NCBI GenBank assembly: GCA_012521055.1
Contig: JAAYNC010000062.1
Span: 14,315 to 78,314 of the forward strand
Reading direction: 5' to 3'
Source: Eubacteriales Family XIII. Incertae Sedis bacterium
GTDB taxonomy: Bacteria > Bacillota > Clostridia > Peptostreptococcales > Anaerovoracaceae
DNA: 64,000 nt
Under the pieces are notes generated by a model. That model searched no databases. It had not been told where the DNA came from and was given only the letters and a program-made list of their open reading frames with translations. This document shows positions 18,113-28,551 of the stretch, piece after piece (the first letter of the stretch is position 1; each line of letters opens with the position of its first letter). Made by a program: the position numbers and the translations under genes.

Positions 18113-18679
18113 GATTGTAAAATGAAGTTGAACTAATAAAAAATCCATAGTGATGATTTCTGTTGTAGAATAGTTTTTGCCACAAAACTCACACAGAAAG
18201 GGAAATCACTATGGATCACACACAGTTTACACCAAATCAGCGAAAGAATAAACACCTGACTTTTAAGGAGCGGGTAAAAATTGAGTTGTTGGTGGATGAA
18301 GGTAAAACCGCTTATGCTATTGCAAAGCTACCAAATCGATCCATAAACACCATTACAAACGAGCTGAAACGCGGTACAGTGGATCAGATAAAGCAGGGAA
18401 AATTAGTAAAAACCTATTATGCCGATGTAGGTCAGGCTAAGTATGAAGCAAACCACAGGAAGAGTGGCCGCAAGCACAAACTCCTGGAATGCAGCAAGTT
18501 TGTAGACTATGTAGAAAAGATGATGTTGGAATAGAGGAATGGATCAATGGCCTACCACGAAAGATTCTGGGTTACAAAACCCCGGAAGAACAGTTCGAAG
18601 CAGAGCTTGATTTAATCTACGCTCTTTAACAACAGAGATTTGTTAAGTATGGAGATTAGTTCAATTTGTTATTGCAATT
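18113..18679 (+). mobile_element. internally deleted IS30-family element
   Basis: Imperfect terminal inverted repeats (18113-18137 GATTGTAAAATGAAGTTGAACTAAT vs reverse complement of 18655-18679; 19/25 match, 10/10 at TTGAACTAAT). They bracket the transposase remnants. Confidence 0.6.
18211..18629 (+). pseudogene. IS30-family transposase remnant (N-terminal HTH part plus out-of-frame C-terminal 31 aa; DDE core missing)
   Basis: The 107-aa N-terminal piece (KHLTFKERVKIELL, AIAKLPNRSINTITNELKRG) ends at TAG 18532-18534. A typical IS30 C-terminus, EEWINGLPRKILGYKTPEEQFEAEL, follows at 18534-18629 in another frame. Confidence 0.8.
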
Positions 18680-18690
18680 CAAGATTAGAT

Positions 18691-19728
18691 TTATTCTAAG
18701 ATCACTCCGTCTTCGTCTACATTTACGCTATCAGGCAGGAATTGTTGCTTGAGCGAGTTCTCAATTTTAAGGAGAATTTCAGGATTCTCCCGTAAGTAGT
18801 TCTTAACATTTTCTCTGCCCTGGCCGATACGTTCACCATTGAAACTATACCAAGCACCGGCTTTTTCAACAATTTTCGCTTCCACGGCGCAATCCAACAC
18901 GTCCCCTTCTCTGGAAATACCAGTTCCGTACATAATATCGAACTCTGCCTGTTTGAAAGGAGGGGCAAGCTTGTTCTTTACGATCTTCACTCTGGTACGA
19001 TTGCCTATGACAGAATCGCCCACTTTGATGCTCTCTACCCGCCGCACATCCAATCTCATGGAAGAATAGAACTTCAGCGCCCGGCCTCCCGTAGTCACTT
19101 CGGGGCTTCCGAACATGACGCCGACCTTTTCCCTAAGCTGGTTAATAAAGATAGCGCTGGTATTGGATTTGTTGATAGCGCCGGTAAGCTTTCTTAAAGC
19201 CTGAGACATGAGACGGGCCTGGAGACCCACATGACTGTCACCCATATCGCCTTGAATCTCCGCTTTGGGGACGAGGGCTGCAACGGAGTCAATGACCACC
19301 ACGTCCAACGCTCCGCTTCTTACCAGAACTTCGCAGATCTCCAAGGCCTGCTCTCCTGTATCCGGCTGAGCAACCAGCAATTCCGCAGTGTCAACCCCTA
19401 ATTTTGCCGCATAATCGGGATCCAAAGCGTGTTCCGCATCGATAAAGGCAGCTTTGCCTCCCTTTTTCTGGGCTTCCGCGATGATATGTAGAGCGATTGT
19501 GGTTTTACCCGATGATTCCGGACCGAATATCTCCACCACTCTGCCTCTCGGTATTCCTCCCACGCCGGTAGCTATATCCAGGCTGATGGAACCGGTGGAT
19601 ATGCAGTCGATATTCAGCCTGGCATCGTCGCTGCCCAATTTCATGATAGCGCCTTTTCCAAATTGTTTCTCGATCTGAAGCATGGCTGCTTCCAAAGCTT
19701 TATTTTTTTCGTTTTGAATGTTGCTCAT
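18691..19728 (-). CDS. recA: recombinase RecA
   Basis: Canonical RecA sequence ([33 protein letters not shown]). Confidence 0.98.
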   Translation of the reverse strand: MSNIQNEKNKALEAAMLQIEKQFGKGAIMKLGSDDARLNIDCISTGSISLDIATGVGGIPRGRVVEIFGPESSGKTTIALHIIAEAQKKGGKAAFIDAEHALDPDYAAKLGVDTAELLVAQPDTGEQALEICEVLVRSGALDVVVIDSVAALVPKAEIQGDMGDSHVGLQARLMSQALRKLTGAINKSNTSAIFINQLREKVGVMFGSPEVTTGGRALKFYSSMRLDVRRVESIKVGDSVIGNRTRVKIVKNKLAPPFKQAEFDIMYGTGISREGDVLDCAVEAKIVEKAGAWYSFNGERIGQGRENVKNYLRENPEILLKIENSLKQQFLPDSVNVDEDGVILE

Positions 19729-19746
19729 GGTCTCCTCCTTTACGCA

Positions 19747-19760
19747 AGAACATATGTTCT
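19747..19760 (-). promoter_or_regulatory. LexA (Cheo/SOS) box
   Basis: AGAACATATGTTCT is a perfect GAAC-N4-GTTC palindrome. It lies between the candidate -10 and the recA RBS. Confidence 0.8.
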
Positions 19761-19766
19761 TGAATC

Positions 19767-19795
19767 ATGATACCCCAATTTTAAGTAAAGGTCAA
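19767..19795 (-). promoter_or_regulatory. candidate sigma-A promoter of recA
   Basis: The minus strand reads TTGACC-17 nt-TATCAT, immediately upstream of the LexA box. Confidence 0.6.
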
Positions 19796-19868
19796 GCATA
19801 AAATGCCGGCAAGTTCAGCTCGTCGGCACCATATTAACATTATTTGGTAACATTGTCAATGTAAAACA

Positions 19869-21119
19869 TTATTCGAGTTGTTCTTTATTATCTAACAACC
19901 GGTTTATTAAGTCAAACATGGAAAGCATGGCATAATTTCGATTCCAATTACGGTTTACATTTCTCAAAATTGATTTTTTGCATACCATTTCGTCATCTAA
20001 AATTGCGCAGATATACACAAGTCCTACAGGTTTATCCGCAGTCCCGCCGCCGGGACCTGCAATGCCCGTAACGGAAATGCAGAGCCTGCTGCCGCTGACC
20101 TTTTTTAGTCCCTTGGCCATTTCGATGGCTGTATTTTCGCTGACTGCTCCGTATCGCTCAAGAGTATCGGGATCCACGCCCAGCTCTTCCACCTTTGAAC
20201 GGTTGCTGTATGTTACCAAAGCCCGGTCGAAAACTGCGGAGATTCCGGGTATTTCGGTGAGAGTCTGGGCAAACAGACCTCCTGTGCAGGATTCGGCGCT
20301 GGAAATAGAAATATTCCTTTCCATGAGTTTCTTAGCTGCCACCTGATGCAGGTCTTCGTCATCATAGCTGTAAATATACTCGCCCACTCTCTCTTTCACT
20401 TTTGCTATCATTTCGGTGACCGCTGCTTTCGCCTCCTCAAGGGTGCTGCGCTTCGAAGCGATCCGCACACTGCATTCACCTTCCTTTGCGTAGGTTGCTA
20501 TGGTGGGATCGGTTTGATTATCGATGATGTCGAGAAGCTTGGTCTCCAGCATGGATTCACCGATGCCGAACATGCGCAGCACTTTATAGTAAATCACGCT
20601 CTCCGTTTTTGCTTCCAGGTAAGGCCTGACTTCTTTTTCAAACATGTTCTTCATTTCTCTCGGAGGTCCGGGCAGACAGATAATGATCTTTCCGTCCTTT
20701 TCCAGTGCGAACCCGGGGGCTGTTCCTATATCGTTGGGAAACACCGTAGCTCTTGACGGGAAATAAGCTTGCTTCCAATTGTTTTCCGTCACTTGGCGGT
20801 TCAGTTTCTTAAAGTAGTTTTCAAGCTTTTCCATGGAAGGAGGATGAGGAACCAACTCATCTTCTAACACTTCACAGGCAATTTCTTTCGTGAGATCGTC
20901 CTGTGTGGGTCCTAATCCCCCCGTGGTTATGACTAAGTCGCAGTCGATGAAGGCCTGCCAGATCATATGAGACAAGCGATTCGAGTTGTCACCGACCGTG
21001 TGATGTGAGAGTACATCAATTCCTAAAAGATTGAGCTGCTGCGATAAGTATACCGTATTTGTGTTCGTAATCTGTCCGAATAAGAGTTCCGTACCTACGC
21101 TTAAGATAGAAGATTTCAA
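19869..21119 (-). CDS. cinA: CinA (competence/damage-inducible protein; NMN amidohydrolase family)
   Basis: MoCF-binding N-domain (SVGTELLFGQITNTN) and a CinA C-domain. The start is placed at TTG 21117-21119 after GAGGTG, which removes the overlap with pgsA. Confidence 0.85.
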   Translation of the reverse strand: MKSSILSVGTELLFGQITNTNTVYLSQQLNLLGIDVLSHHTVGDNSNRLSHMIWQAFIDCDLVITTGGLGPTQDDLTKEIACEVLEDELVPHPPSMEKLENYFKKLNRQVTENNWKQAYFPSRATVFPNDIGTAPGFALEKDGKIIICLPGPPREMKNMFEKEVRPYLEAKTESVIYYKVLRMFGIGESMLETKLLDIIDNQTDPTIATYAKEGECSVRIASKRSTLEEAKAAVTEMIAKVKERVGEYIYSYDDEDLHQVAAKKLMERNISISSAESCTGGLFAQTLTEIPGISAVFDRALVTYSNRSKVEELGVDPDTLERYGAVSENTAIEMAKGLKKVSGSRLCISVTGIAGPGGGTADKPVGLVYICAILDDEMVCKKSILRNVNRNWNRNYAMLSMFDLINRLLDNKEQLE

Positions 21120-21144
21120 CTGGTCACCTCTTTTTCTGCAAGTT

Positions 21145-21675
21145 TTACATTTTAAATATGTGCTTGTTTTGGACGATGTATTCAACGCCGGAATATACGG
21201 TTGCCGCCACGGCGATCCAGAGCAGGTAATCGCCGATGGGAAGGTCAGTAACCATTGAAAAAGGCCAATTTCTCAATAAAATTATAGAAATTGCGAGCAT
21301 CTGGAATACGGTCTTTATCTTTCCAGATTTTCCCGCAGCTATGATGACGCCCTCGCCTGCCGCCACGGCCCGCAACCCTGTAATGACAAACTCCCTGGCG
21401 AGTATTACGATCACCATCCATCCGGCTATCTCCCCAAGCTCCACAAGGCAAATCATTGCGGAAGTAACCAGAAGCTTATCCGCCAGCGGATCCATAATCT
21501 TCCCGAAATTCGTTATCAGGTTGTGTTTTCTGGCAATATGACCGTCAAGAGCATCTGTTGCCGAAGCCAAGATAAACAGAATTCCGGAGCCAATATAGTA
21601 TCCCTTCAGCAATAAAATTATGAATATCGGTATTAATAAAATCCTTAAAACGGTCAATTTGTTCGGTAGATTCAT
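21145..21675 (-). CDS. pgsA: CDP-diacylglycerol--glycerol-3-phosphate 3-phosphatidyltransferase
   Basis: CDP-alcohol phosphotransferase motif DALDGHIARK...G...DPLADK. Confidence 0.92.
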   Translation of the reverse strand: MNLPNKLTVLRILLIPIFIILLLKGYYIGSGILFILASATDALDGHIARKHNLITNFGKIMDPLADKLLVTSAMICLVELGEIAGWMVIVILAREFVITGLRAVAAGEGVIIAAGKSGKIKTVFQMLAISIILLRNWPFSMVTDLPIGDYLLWIAVAATVYSGVEYIVQNKHIFKM

Positions 21676-21692
21676 GGTTTCCTCCTGGTATT

Positions 21693-23015
21693 CTATTTAT
21701 CCGCCCTTACAACATGTCCTGTCAGGTCGTAGTCGAAGCCGTCATCAATTTGAAACATTACAAAATCGCCTGGCTTAAGAGGTATGTCCGAAGTAAAGAT
21801 TACAGTGTTATCGATCTCCGGTGCATCGTAAGCCGTTCTGCCCACATAGGTTTCCTCTTCCCGTTCTTCCACCAGAACTTCGAAAACCTGACCGATTTTC
21901 TGTAAATTATGTTCAAGTGAAATCTGTTGCTGCAGACGCATCAACCGGTCTCTTCTGGCCAGCTTGGTCTTATCCGGCACCTGCCCCTCCATAGATGCGG
22001 CCGGTGTCCCCTCCTCCTTAGAGTATGCAAATACTCCCAAGCGTTCAAACCTCATTTTTTCAACGAAGTCTTCAAGTATTTTCGCATCTTCACGTGTTTC
22101 CCCGGGAAATCCGGTAATCAGTGTAGTACGAATGTGAATGTCCGGCATAGCAGCCCGTAGCTTTTTGATCGTGTTTTCTATTGAAGCTCTCGTGGAACGC
22201 CGGTTCATGGCTTTAAGAATCCTGTCGCTGGCATGCTGGATCGGCATATCAATATATTTACATATTTTCTCATTGGCTGCCATCACTTCTATAAGCTCAT
22301 CCGTAATGCGATCCTCATAGCAATACATCAGCCGTATCCAGCGAATTTCTTCTATTTCGCAAAGATCCTGCAACAGTCGGGGCAAGTGATATTCTCCGTA
22401 AAGATCGATTCCGTATGCCGTTACATCCTGTGCTACGAGAATCAATTCCCTGCATCCGTTTTCCGCCAGCCTGTGTGCCTCTTCCAGGATATTCTCCTTC
22501 TTCCTGCTGCGGTAACTGCCTCGAATAGAAGGTATTACGCAGTAAGCGCATACATTGTCGCACCCTTCAGCAATTTTTAAATAGGAAGAATATGAAACGC
22601 CAAGGGAAGCTCTTGCGCTGATTTCCGAATATTCTTTTTCATAGCTGTTGAAAAAGAGCTTTTGCCTTCCCCTCTCATATTCGGAAAGTATCTGGGGCAA
22701 TGTATGATATTCATTAACACCGATCAGAATATCGACTTCCGGCAATGCATTTCCCAGTTCTTCTCCGTATCTCTGGGAAAGGCAGCCGGAGACGATGAGA
22801 ATTCCGTCCTCTGGTTTTTCCTTGGCCAATTCCAGTATCCGGTCTATGGATTCTTCTTTGGCATCATTGATAAAACCACAAGAGTTAACAATTATGGCCT
22901 CTGCTTCACCCGGATCTGACACCATCGCGTGTCCGGCCTCCGTCAGAAGTCCCGCCGCGTATTCTGAATCAGAAACATTTTTAGGACATCCTAAAGTCTC
23001 GATATATATTCGCAT
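21693..23015 (-). CDS. rimO: ribosomal protein S12 methylthiotransferase RimO
   Basis: UPF0004 N-domain with LGCPKNVSDSE, radical-SAM CAYC cluster, and C-terminal TRAM. The ftsK-rimO-pgsA-cinA-recA order is classic. Confidence 0.85.
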   Translation of the reverse strand: MRIYIETLGCPKNVSDSEYAAGLLTEAGHAMVSDPGEAEAIIVNSCGFINDAKEESIDRILELAKEKPEDGILIVSGCLSQRYGEELGNALPEVDILIGVNEYHTLPQILSEYERGRQKLFFNSYEKEYSEISARASLGVSYSSYLKIAEGCDNVCAYCVIPSIRGSYRSRKKENILEEAHRLAENGCRELILVAQDVTAYGIDLYGEYHLPRLLQDLCEIEEIRWIRLMYCYEDRITDELIEVMAANEKICKYIDMPIQHASDRILKAMNRRSTRASIENTIKKLRAAMPDIHIRTTLITGFPGETREDAKILEDFVEKMRFERLGVFAYSKEEGTPAASMEGQVPDKTKLARRDRLMRLQQQISLEHNLQKIGQVFEVLVEEREEETYVGRTAYDAPEIDNTVIFTSDIPLKPGDFVMFQIDDGFDYDLTGHVVRADK

Positions 23016-23066
23016 CCGATTTCCTTCCCATCTGTAAAGAATTCTTTATTCCTTTAATTAATATTC

Positions 23067-25481
23067 TCAGTTTTCATTCTCGTCATCGGGATCCTTCCCA
23101 AGATTCAAAAATTCCTCTTCTGTCATCAGCACTTTTCTCGGGCGGCTTCCTTCACTGGGACCCACGATACCCCTTGCCTCCATCATATCGATCAATCTTG
23201 CCGCCCTGTTGTAACCGATCCGGAAACGGCGCTGAAGCATGGAAACGGAAGCCTGTTCCGCCCGCACGACGGTTTCAATCGCCTCCTGGAGCAGTTCATC
23301 CGTATCGTCGTCAGTATCGCTTTCGTAAGAACGTTCGATCCTCTGGATGACATCGGTGGCGTATTCGTTATCGGGAACCTGTTCCTTGAGGTAATCGATG
23401 ACCTTGTGCACTTCCCCATCCGAGATGAAGCACCCCTGAACACGAATGGGCTTTGATTCTCCCAGGGGATAGAAGAGCATATCCCCTTTTCCTACCAACT
23501 TCTCCGCCCCGGCCATATCCAAAATAGTCCTCGAATCAAACTGAGAAGATACAGCGAAAGAAATCCTGGAGGGGATATTGGCTTTGATGACACCCGTTAT
23601 TATATCCACAGATGGTCTCTGTGTTGCGACGATGAGATGCATCCCGGCGGCTCTTGCCATCTGAGCCAGCCTGCAGATCGACTCCTCCACCTGGGAGGGA
23701 GCCACCATCATCAAATCCGCCAGTTCGTCGATGATGATGACGATCTGCGGCATTGGCTTTGTCTCGTCATCTTTTGTTTTTATATGTTCATTATAGGAAT
23801 CCAGGTCTCTCACGCCTAATTCCGCAAACTTCCTGTAGCGTTCCGTCATTTCCGACACGGCCCAACTTAAAGCTGCTGCCGCTTTGGAGGGCTCCGTCAC
23901 AACAGGTATCAGTAGATGGGGGATTCCGTTATAATTGCCCAGCTCCACTACCTTTGGATCTATTAGCACCAGCTTGACCTCATCCGGTCTTGCCTTATAA
24001 AGTATGCTCACAATTATTGAATTAAGACAGACGCTCTTTCCCGATCCGGTAGAACCGGCTATGAGCAAGTGAGGCATGCTTTTGAGATCTGCCACCACAG
24101 GAGTGCCCGCGATATCTTTTCCCACGGCGAAAGTGATTTTTGAGGGTGAATTTTGGAATTCCTTCGTTTCGATGAGTTCCCGGATTGTCACCAGGTTGAC
24201 CCGGTCGTTTTCCACTTCAATTCCCACGGCGGCTTTGCCGGGTATGGGGGCCTCCATGCGGATGCTCTTGGCTTTCAGGTTTAAAGCTATATCGTCAGCA
24301 AGCCGGACAATGCTGCTGACCTTGACGCCCACACTTGGCTGGATTTCATAACGGGTGATTGCCGGTCCTTTGGTTACCTGCACTACCTTTGCGTTGACAC
24401 CAAAATTCTTTAACGTCTCTTCCAGCTTAAGGGCCTTCTGCTTCAGATTTATGTTTTCATTGGTTTTAGGAACGGACTTAGCCTTGTCAAGCAAATCGAT
24501 AGGCGGTTCTATATAAGATATGGGCTCTTCTTTGTCCAAATCGATTTTCAGCTCTTCAATTTCCTCGTTTCTCAAGCCTTTGCTCTTTTTGGACACCGGT
24601 TTTTCCTTTGCAGTCTCTTCGTCGCCGGTCAACCCTTTACCCGGCTCCACAGGCGCAGGCTTTTCAAGTCCTAAACCTTCCGACTTTTGCCCCGTTTCAA
24701 ACAGTTCGTCATCCTTCACATAGTCGATGATTTTCATCTGTCTATTTGTTACGGAACCGGATAAAAAGCCCGGTACCTCTATAGCTGCTTTTTCAACCGG
24801 GTCCGGCATGATGACAGAAGTATCTGCAGTAGCCTCCGCATCAGCCGCAGTCTCTTTATCCTTCATCGCTTCTCTGCGTTTCTCTTTATAACGTTCGATG
24901 AATTGTGATGCGGGTATGTTTACAACCAACATGAGGGAGATGACAATCACTACTAAAGATAATATGTAAAGACCGGGAATTCCGATTGCTTTTTTCAACA
25001 CCAGCCCTAAGGTCATGCCGAAGGCTCCCCCTCCCCCGAGCACCACTCCGTTATTATAAGCATCCTTGATAAAAGAGAGGGATATGGAAAGCCCTTCCAC
25101 ATCGAGATATCTCGCCGAATTTATGACGGTTGTCATGAGAAAAATCAGGCACAACAACAGAACGGACCTTGCTCCGATACGCGCTGAGCGCCTAAAGAAA
25201 AGCATTAATCCGTAAAGTATAAGGTAATAGGGCAATGCGTAAGCTACAGCTGCGAAGAGGCCCTTTAAAAGATCCGAGATTATGCGTCCTAACTCGCCCG
25301 CTGCCTGGGTATGAAGGGAGATAGCAAGGAAGGCGCCAACAGCCATGATAACTATGGCCCATATCTCATTCTTCAGCCGGCTCTGCGCCTGCTTTTTCGC
25401 CAGTTCTGCATCCAACTTTTCTCTGGTAGCTTTATTCTTAGAACCCTTTGGACGCCCCGGTTTTCTCTTTTGTTCCGCCAT
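23067..25481 (-). CDS. ftsK: DNA translocase FtsK/SpoIIIE
   Basis: N-terminal TM segments, an acidic linker, Walker A GSTGSGKS, and a C-terminal gamma wHTH. The start is placed at the MAEQKRK ATG, 7 nt after GAGGAG. Confidence 0.92.
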   Translation of the reverse strand: MAEQKRKPGRPKGSKNKATREKLDAELAKKQAQSRLKNEIWAIVIMAVGAFLAISLHTQAAGELGRIISDLLKGLFAAVAYALPYYLILYGLMLFFRRSARIGARSVLLLCLIFLMTTVINSARYLDVEGLSISLSFIKDAYNNGVVLGGGGAFGMTLGLVLKKAIGIPGLYILSLVVIVISLMLVVNIPASQFIERYKEKRREAMKDKETAADAEATADTSVIMPDPVEKAAIEVPGFLSGSVTNRQMKIIDYVKDDELFETGQKSEGLGLEKPAPVEPGKGLTGDEETAKEKPVSKKSKGLRNEEIEELKIDLDKEEPISYIEPPIDLLDKAKSVPKTNENINLKQKALKLEETLKNFGVNAKVVQVTKGPAITRYEIQPSVGVKVSSIVRLADDIALNLKAKSIRMEAPIPGKAAVGIEVENDRVNLVTIRELIETKEFQNSPSKITFAVGKDIAGTPVVADLKSMPHLLIAGSTGSGKSVCLNSIIVSILYKARPDEVKLVLIDPKVVELGNYNGIPHLLIPVVTEPSKAAAALSWAVSEMTERYRKFAELGVRDLDSYNEHIKTKDDETKPMPQIVIIIDELADLMMVAPSQVEESICRLAQMARAAGMHLIVATQRPSVDIITGVIKANIPSRISFAVSSQFDSRTILDMAGAEKLVGKGDMLFYPLGESKPIRVQGCFISDGEVHKVIDYLKEQVPDNEYATDVIQRIERSYESDTDDDTDELLQEAIETVVRAEQASVSMLQRRFRIGYNRAARLIDMMEARGIVGPSEGSRPRKVLMTEEEFLNLGKDPDDENEN

Positions 25482-25504
25482 AAGCATACTCCTCAGTTGT
25501 TAAT

Positions 25505-26338
25505 TCAACTCATAAACGTGTAGAGAAGCACAAGGCCTCCCGCAATCCAGGTATAAAACGAAAAAATATACAACTTCTTGTTTGACACGACACTAATCAT
25601 GGTTTTAATGGCGATATAGCCTGAAATAGCAGCCGTTGCCACACCGGCAGCGACAATCACTAGCATTTGCCTGTTCAACCCTTCTGATAAAGCTGCGGGA
25701 GCCTCCAGTATCACTGCTCCCAATATCGCCGGAAGGGAAATAAGGAATGCAAATCGAACGGCCAGTTGCCTGTTCAGACCTGAAAAAAGGCTTCCCACTA
25801 TAGTGGCGCCGGAGCGGGATATCCCAGGTACAATGGCAATTCCCTGGCAGAGTCCCACAAATAGTGCATCTGTGATTTTCATCTCCCGGACGTTTTTCTC
25901 TTTTTGCCCCATTCTTTCTGCCAACCAAAGGAAGCAGCCGGTAATAATCAGGCAGACACCGATGGCGGGAACCGAATTGTACAAACCGGCAAAGAAATCG
26001 TTGAAAAACACACCCATTAGTCCGGTAGGTATGGTTGCAACAACAATCATCACGCCGTGTTTTCTCGTTTCGTTCTTGTTGATCTGCAACCCTTTGCCTG
26101 TGACCAAATCTTTAATGGAAGCAAACAATTCAATAATCAGTTCCCAGATTACTCGATAATAAACGGCGACCAGAGAAATCAAGGTTCCCAAATGAAGCAA
26201 AACGGCAAATGCAAGGACGCTCTCACCTTCAATTCCAAAAAAGTGTTGCAAAATAGCCAAATGGCCCGAGCTGCTTATAGGCAGAAATTCCGACAATCCC
26301 TGCACCAGCCCCAAGATTATGCTCTCAATTAATGTCAA
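25505..26338 (-). CDS. uppP: undecaprenyl-diphosphate phosphatase
   Basis: BacA family motifs (GLVQGLSEFLPISSSGH, PGISRSGATI). Confidence 0.92.
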   Translation of the reverse strand: MTLIESIILGLVQGLSEFLPISSSGHLAILQHFFGIEGESVLAFAVLLHLGTLISLVAVYYRVIWELIIELFASIKDLVTGKGLQINKNETRKHGVMIVVATIPTGLMGVFFNDFFAGLYNSVPAIGVCLIITGCFLWLAERMGQKEKNVREMKITDALFVGLCQGIAIVPGISRSGATIVGSLFSGLNRQLAVRFAFLISLPAILGAVILEAPAALSEGLNRQMLVIVAAGVATAAISGYIAIKTMISVVSNKKLYIFSFYTWIAGGLVLLYTFMS

Positions 26339-26648
26339 CGCTTTTCCTCTCTTTCAATGTCCCTATTTTGACAAGACGAGCCTGCTAAATATTTCTATCT
26401 TTGCAAGCTTTAATTATATCACCTAAATGACTAAATTTGAATACAATGTTATACGGAACTTGTAAAATCTAACCTGTATAAAGTATGCCTGCCAAAATAT
26501 TTCATTCGAATGCAGGAATATAAAAGAGTTACATTTTTGATGAATTGTTATATAATAAAATCTCATAATGGACTCATACGCATGAAAAAGAATGGGGTTT
26601 TTTACAAGTGTTAAGTAGAAAACAGTAATATATACAAGGAGGACAAAA

Positions 26649-27641
26649 ATGAAGAAAATGCCTATTTTAGCCTTAGTAGGCGCTACCGGTTTGGTAGGAA
26701 CAACCATGTTGAAAGTGCTGGAAGAGCGTGACTTCCCCTTTGAAAATCTGTACCTTATGGCTTCCGCCAAATCAGCCGGCAAAACGGTTATATTTAAAAG
26801 AGAGAATTACATAGTTGAAGAACTTACGGAGCACTCCTTCGATAAACCCATCGATATCGCACTTTTCTCAGCAGGCGGAGCAACCAGTGAGAAATACGCA
26901 CCCATAGCCGCATCCAAAGGCGTTACTGTCGTAGATAACAGCAGCGCTTGGAGAATGGATCCGAAAGTTCCTTTGGTAGTTCCGGAGGTTAACCCTCAGG
27001 ATATCCAATGGAATCAAGGTATTATTGCCAACCCCAACTGCTCCACAATACAGGCTGTGTTGCCGCTCAAGCCTCTCCATGACAAATACAGAATAAAGAG
27101 GGTCATTTACTCTACTTATCAGGCAGTTTCAGGATCGGGAGTCAAGGGCATTGAAGATCTGAAGCAAGGGCTTGCAGGAAACGACATAATGAAAGCATAC
27201 CCCCATCCCATTGCGGGCAACTGCCTCCCCCACATTGACTCTTTCCTGGAAAACGGATACACGAAGGAAGAGATGAAGATGGTCAACGAGACGAAGAAGA
27301 TACTTGGAGACGACAGCATACGCATCACCGCCACTACAGTCAGAGTTCCCATCTTTGATTGCCACGGCGAATCTATCAACGTGGAATTGGAGAAACCTTT
27401 TGAGCTTGAAGAGGTTAAGGAACTGCTGGCTTCTTTCCCGGGCTGTGTGGTACTTGATGATCCCGCAAACAACGTGTATCCTCTTGCCCGCCAGGTGGCA
27501 GGAAAAGACGAAGTCTTTGTGGGCAGAATTCGCAGGGACTTCAGCGTAGAAAACGGACTCAACCTTTGGGTTGTAGCAGACAATATCAGAAAGGGCGCGG
27601 CTACCAATGCCGTTCAGATTGCCGAACTGCTTATAAAATAA
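26649..27641 (+). CDS. asd: aspartate-semialdehyde dehydrogenase
   Basis: GATGLVG Rossmann motif and active-site NPNCSTI. Confidence 0.95.
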   Translation: MKKMPILALVGATGLVGTTMLKVLEERDFPFENLYLMASAKSAGKTVIFKRENYIVEELTEHSFDKPIDIALFSAGGATSEKYAPIAASKGVTVVDNSSAWRMDPKVPLVVPEVNPQDIQWNQGIIANPNCSTIQAVLPLKPLHDKYRIKRVIYSTYQAVSGSGVKGIEDLKQGLAGNDIMKAYPHPIAGNCLPHIDSFLENGYTKEEMKMVNETKKILGDDSIRITATTVRVPIFDCHGESINVELEKPFELEEVKELLASFPGCVVLDDPANNVYPLARQVAGKDEVFVGRIRRDFSVENGLNLWVVADNIRKGAATNAVQIAELLIK

Positions 27642-27662
27642 AGCAAGTGAGGTGTCATCTAT

Positions 27663-28541
27663 ATGCCATTGTTTACAGGTGCAGCTACTGCCCTTGTAAC
27701 ACCATTTAAGGACGGAAAGGTGGATTTTGCTTCTTTCGGACAGCTCATCGATTGGCAGATAGAGCAAGGAATCGACGGGCTTGTGATCTGCGGCACCACG
27801 GGAGAAGCATCCACACTGAACGACGAAGAACATATCGAGACGGTAAGGTACGCCATAAAAAAAGCAGCCGGAAGAGTGCCGGTCATAGCCGGCGCAGGAA
27901 GCAACGATACGCGCCATGCCATAGACATGAGTATGGCTCTTGAAGAGGAAGGAGCGGACGGGCTGCTCTTGGTAACACCATACTACAACAAATGTACGGA
28001 CAAAGGACTGATTATCCACTACACCGCAATAGCCGACCGGGTAAACATTCCGATCATACTCTACTCGGTGCCGGCGCGAACGGGAGTGAACATCAGTCCT
28101 TTTGTAGTCTCAGAACTGTGCAACCATCCGAATATTGTCGGGATAAAAGAAGCCAGCGGCAACATGGCTCAGGTGGTGGAGATTGCCAAGTATGTAGATG
28201 AGGATTTCGCTCTCTACTCCGGTAACGACGAAATCATAGTTCCCATAATGGCCATGGGTGGCCTGGGTGCAATTTCAGTGCTGTCCAACATCGTTCCGAA
28301 ACAGACTCATGATATGATCGCCGATTTCCTCAAGGGAGATATCATAAGCGCTATGAAAGCTCAGCTTTCACTCAAGTCTCTCATCGATGCTCTGTTCTGT
28401 GAAGTAAATCCTATCCCTGTGAAAGCAGCTTTATATCTGATGGGAATGATCGAACTTGAATACCGTCTTCCCCTTTGCCCGCCCCAGTCAAAATCCATGG
28501 ATGCCATCAAAAATCAGATGACAGCCTGCGGTCTGCTTTAA
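27663..28541 (+). CDS. dapA: 4-hydroxy-tetrahydrodipicolinate synthase
   Basis: GTTGE, YNK and IVGIKEASG motifs. Confidence 0.95.
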   Translation: MPLFTGAATALVTPFKDGKVDFASFGQLIDWQIEQGIDGLVICGTTGEASTLNDEEHIETVRYAIKKAAGRVPVIAGAGSNDTRHAIDMSMALEEEGADGLLLVTPYYNKCTDKGLIIHYTAIADRVNIPIILYSVPARTGVNISPFVVSELCNHPNIVGIKEASGNMAQVVEIAKYVDEDFALYSGNDEIIVPIMAMGGLGAISVLSNIVPKQTHDMIADFLKGDIISAMKAQLSLKSLIDALFCEVNPIPVKAALYLMGMIELEYRLPLCPPQSKSMDAIKNQMTACGLL

Positions 28542-28551
28542 GGAGGATCCT

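Noticed and set aside
26339-26648. Lysine riboswitch (L-box) upstream of asd-dapA-dapB, and the 119-aa ORF 26423-26782
   Set aside because: No L-box conserved core (AGAGGCGC...-like segments) was found. The ORF is low-complexity and AT-driven, runs antisense into the asd start, and lacks an RBS.
27129-28019. 296-aa minus-strand ORF, plus shorter ones at 27119-27607 and 27659-27928, overlapping asd and dapA
   Set aside because: It is entirely antisense to two strongly supported, motif-rich genes. Its composition is Cys/Arg/Ser-rich and low-complexity, which is typical of shadow ORFs, and it has no RBS.
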